Part shown: positions 62,083-64,000 of the stretch, in pieces
How positions within the stretch are numbered: the stretch's first letter is position 1
How the letters are laid out: every line of letters starts with the position of its first letter
NCBI GenBank assembly: GCA_964388035.1
Contig: CAYLZE010000003.1
Coordinates: forward strand, 1-64,000
Direction: 5' to 3'
DNA length: 64,000 nt
From: an uncultured archaeon
Lineage (GTDB): Archaea > Asgardarchaeota > Lokiarchaeia > Sigyniarchaeales > SOKP01
Made by a program: the position numbers and the translations under genes
Notes under the pieces: generated by a model
Databases searched by the model: none
What the model was told of the DNA's origin: nothing
The model's input: only the letters and a program-made list of their open reading frames with translations

Positions 62083-63084
62083 TTAGAGTCTCTTGATGAC
62101 TACATCTGCCATACGATGACTAAAACCCCATTCATTATCGTACCAGCTAAGGACTGCCACGTGATTTCCTATTACATTTGTCCATAATGGGCAAAATATG
62201 GAGCTATGTGAGTTCTTTATGATATCTTTACTCACGATAGGATCGGGGTTATATTGCAAAATGCCTGCGAGTTTCCCTTCGGAATATTCTTTCATCTTTT
62301 TATTTATTTCTTCTACTGTAGGCGTTTTTTCAACATTTACTTTTAGATCTACTACACTTCCATCAACTGTAGGTACCCTTATTGCCATACCATCGAGTTT
62401 TCCGTTTAAATCGGGGAAGATCAAACCAATAGCTTTGGCGGCTCCCGTCGAAGTTGGGATTATATTTTCCGCACAAGCTCGCCCACGTGTCATTTTTATA
62501 GGATCCCCTGCCTTGGCAGTATCCACAGGTGCTTGCGTGCTAGTATAGGAGTGAATAGTAGTCATTAATCCATTTTTGATAGTAAAGGATTCGTGGAGCA
62601 CTCTCACGATAGGTCCTAAACAATTAGTGGTGCAGGATGCATTGGAGACAATTTTATGTTCTGGTTTAAGTTTATCATCGTTACATCCCATGACTACGGT
62701 AAAATCGGGATTCTTGGCGGGTGCAGAGATTAAAACTTTATCGGCTCCTGCGTCTAAATGTTTCGAAGCACCATCTCTATCAATGAAAAAGCCAGTAGAT
62801 TCTATCGCAACGCTAATATCATTCTTGGAATGAGGTAAATCTGCAGGGTTTCTCTCTTTTGTTATGGGAATTGTTTTTCCATCCACGATGAGAGTATCTT
62901 CGCTTGACTCAACTTTTCCAGGGAAATTTCCGAAGACCGTGTCATACTTTAGAGCATAAGCTAAGTATTTTGGGTTAAACAAATCATTGATGTAAACCAC
63001 TTCAATTTTGGGGTTTTTCCAGACGGCTCGAAAAAAATTGCGGCCAATTCGTCCAAATCCATTAATCATTATTCTTTTTGGAAT
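62083..63084 (-). CDS. gap: Class I (bacterial/eukaryotic type) glyceraldehyde-3-phosphate dehydrogenase
   Basis: INGFGRIGR, IND, ESTG, SNASCTTNCL, IIPTSTGAAKA, RVPT, WYDNEWG. The first ATG is at 63069, but the frame extends upstream to ATT at 63084. Confidence 0.95.
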   Translation of the reverse strand: MPKRIMINGFGRIGRNFFRAVWKNPKIEVVYINDLFNPKYLAYALKYDTVFGNFPGKVESSEDTLIVDGKTIPITKERNPADLPHSKNDISVAIESTGFFIDRDGASKHLDAGADKVLISAPAKNPDFTVVMGCNDDKLKPEHKIVSNASCTTNCLGPIVRVLHESFTIKNGLMTTIHSYTSTQAPVDTAKAGDPIKMTRGRACAENIIPTSTGAAKAIGLIFPDLNGKLDGMAIRVPTVDGSVVDLKVNVEKTPTVEEINKKMKEYSEGKLAGILQYNPDPIVSKDIIKNSHSSIFCPLWTNVIGNHVAVLSWYDNEWGFSHRMADVVIKRL

Positions 63085-63351
63085 TTCTTATCACTCTCTT
63101 TATAAGTTTATTTCACAAGTAGGGATACAAGAGGAATTAATAAATCTAACATGTAACATTTATACATTTGAGGTAAAAGTCGAATGGAAGGAGGGAGGAA
63201 AATTTAATTTTTTTTGAAGAGATGAAACATTTTAAGTAACGAATGAGGGAAGAAATTATTCGAGAATTATTTTTAAAGAAAATTCTCAATCAATTTACTC
63301 CGCTTCTACAAATTTATTTGATATTCATTTAAACTTTAAACTAAGAAACTT

Positions 63352-63753
63352 CTATTGTTTTGGTTTCCAATGTTGGAAATATTGAAATAATTCTATAAGA
63401 TTATCGGAAGGATCCAGAAGAAGGATTTGCTTACCACCGACTCCTTTGACCATCTCATTACGAAAACGGCAACCTTCTTTTTTTAATTTTTCTATGAGTG
63501 AATCTAAATCTTCGACTTCAATTGAAATTCTATTCCATCCTCCCGGGATTTGAGGAGTTCCATCTGGCATAGCATAACCACCCCCTTCTTTCTCACTAGG
63601 TTTGGTAAGATATAATTGGATCCCTTCTCGTGAGACAATAGCGAATTCTGGTGCGGGGTGCATGACTATTTCAAATTCTAACATTTTGGTGTAAAATTCA
63701 ATAGCTTTCTCTACATCATTAACGATATATCTAAAATTTATTGCCGACATCAT
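63352..63753 (-). CDS. VOC/glyoxalase family protein
   Basis: RYIVNDVEKAIEFY, PGGWNRI, GVGGKQILLLDPSDNLIELFQ. Confidence 0.9.
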   Translation of the reverse strand: MMSAINFRYIVNDVEKAIEFYTKMLEFEIVMHPAPEFAIVSREGIQLYLTKPSEKEGGGYAMPDGTPQIPGGWNRISIEVEDLDSLIEKLKKEGCRFRNEMVKGVGGKQILLLDPSDNLIELFQYFQHWKPKQ

Positions 63754-64000
63754 TTAATTATCCTCAACACCCAATAGTTTTCTTTTAAGTCAAAAAAGAA
63801 TAGATTTGAACTAATCATTCTCTCTTTCTTGTCCAAATTTTTAATTATCTTTAAATTTTATAGGTATTTTTTTCTAATTTATCAAGGATAATGCACCATC
63901 TTAAACTTTCAGTACATAAAATATACATGATTTTTGATTTTTAGATAAATAATTTGCATACTAGAACATAATATCTTTATCGCGTGTTTTGTCGTTTTGG

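Noticed and set aside
1-64000. CRISPR arrays, tRNA/rRNA genes, IS elements, prophage or defence systems
   Set aside because: No spaced direct repeats, cloverleafs, or transposase, integrase or nuclease motifs were recognised by eye; tRNAscan/Infernal were not run.

Overview
AT-rich archaeal sequence that most resembles an Asgard archaeon (Lokiarchaeia/Promethearchaeia). Support comes from the TFB, archaeal RFC subunits, several tungsten AOR-family enzymes, and longin/roadblock and V4R-like proteins. Main blocks in order: (1) an apparently chimeric first ~300 bp, with bacterial-type YigZ and PurB fragments joined to an AOR C-terminus; (2) panB and a GNAT-rfcS1-rfcS2-rfcL operon; (3) a lipid/organic catabolism region (extended SDR, steroid 5-alpha-reductase family, serine hydrolase, esterase, GPH transporter, SDR, AOR, enoyl-CoA hydratase); (4) a membrane-anchored V4R-like protein paired with a longin-roadblock fusion; (5) a grpE-dnaK-dnaJ-clpB-tfb-wHTH-membrane protein-dnaJ2 cluster; (6) pyk, a second full AOR, a GlcD-like/CCG Fe-S pair, an ADC-family gene and a class I GAPDH. 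Reading the intergenic regions revealed features missing from the ORF track: a frameshifted Bat/HTH_10 regulator, a frameshifted longin gene, a nonsense-interrupted PhnB-like gene, a 44-aa zinc-finger microprotein, candidate operators and a candidate structured RNA. No rRNA, tRNA, CRISPR array or transposase was recognised. All assignments are by motif recognition from the sequence; no database searches were run.
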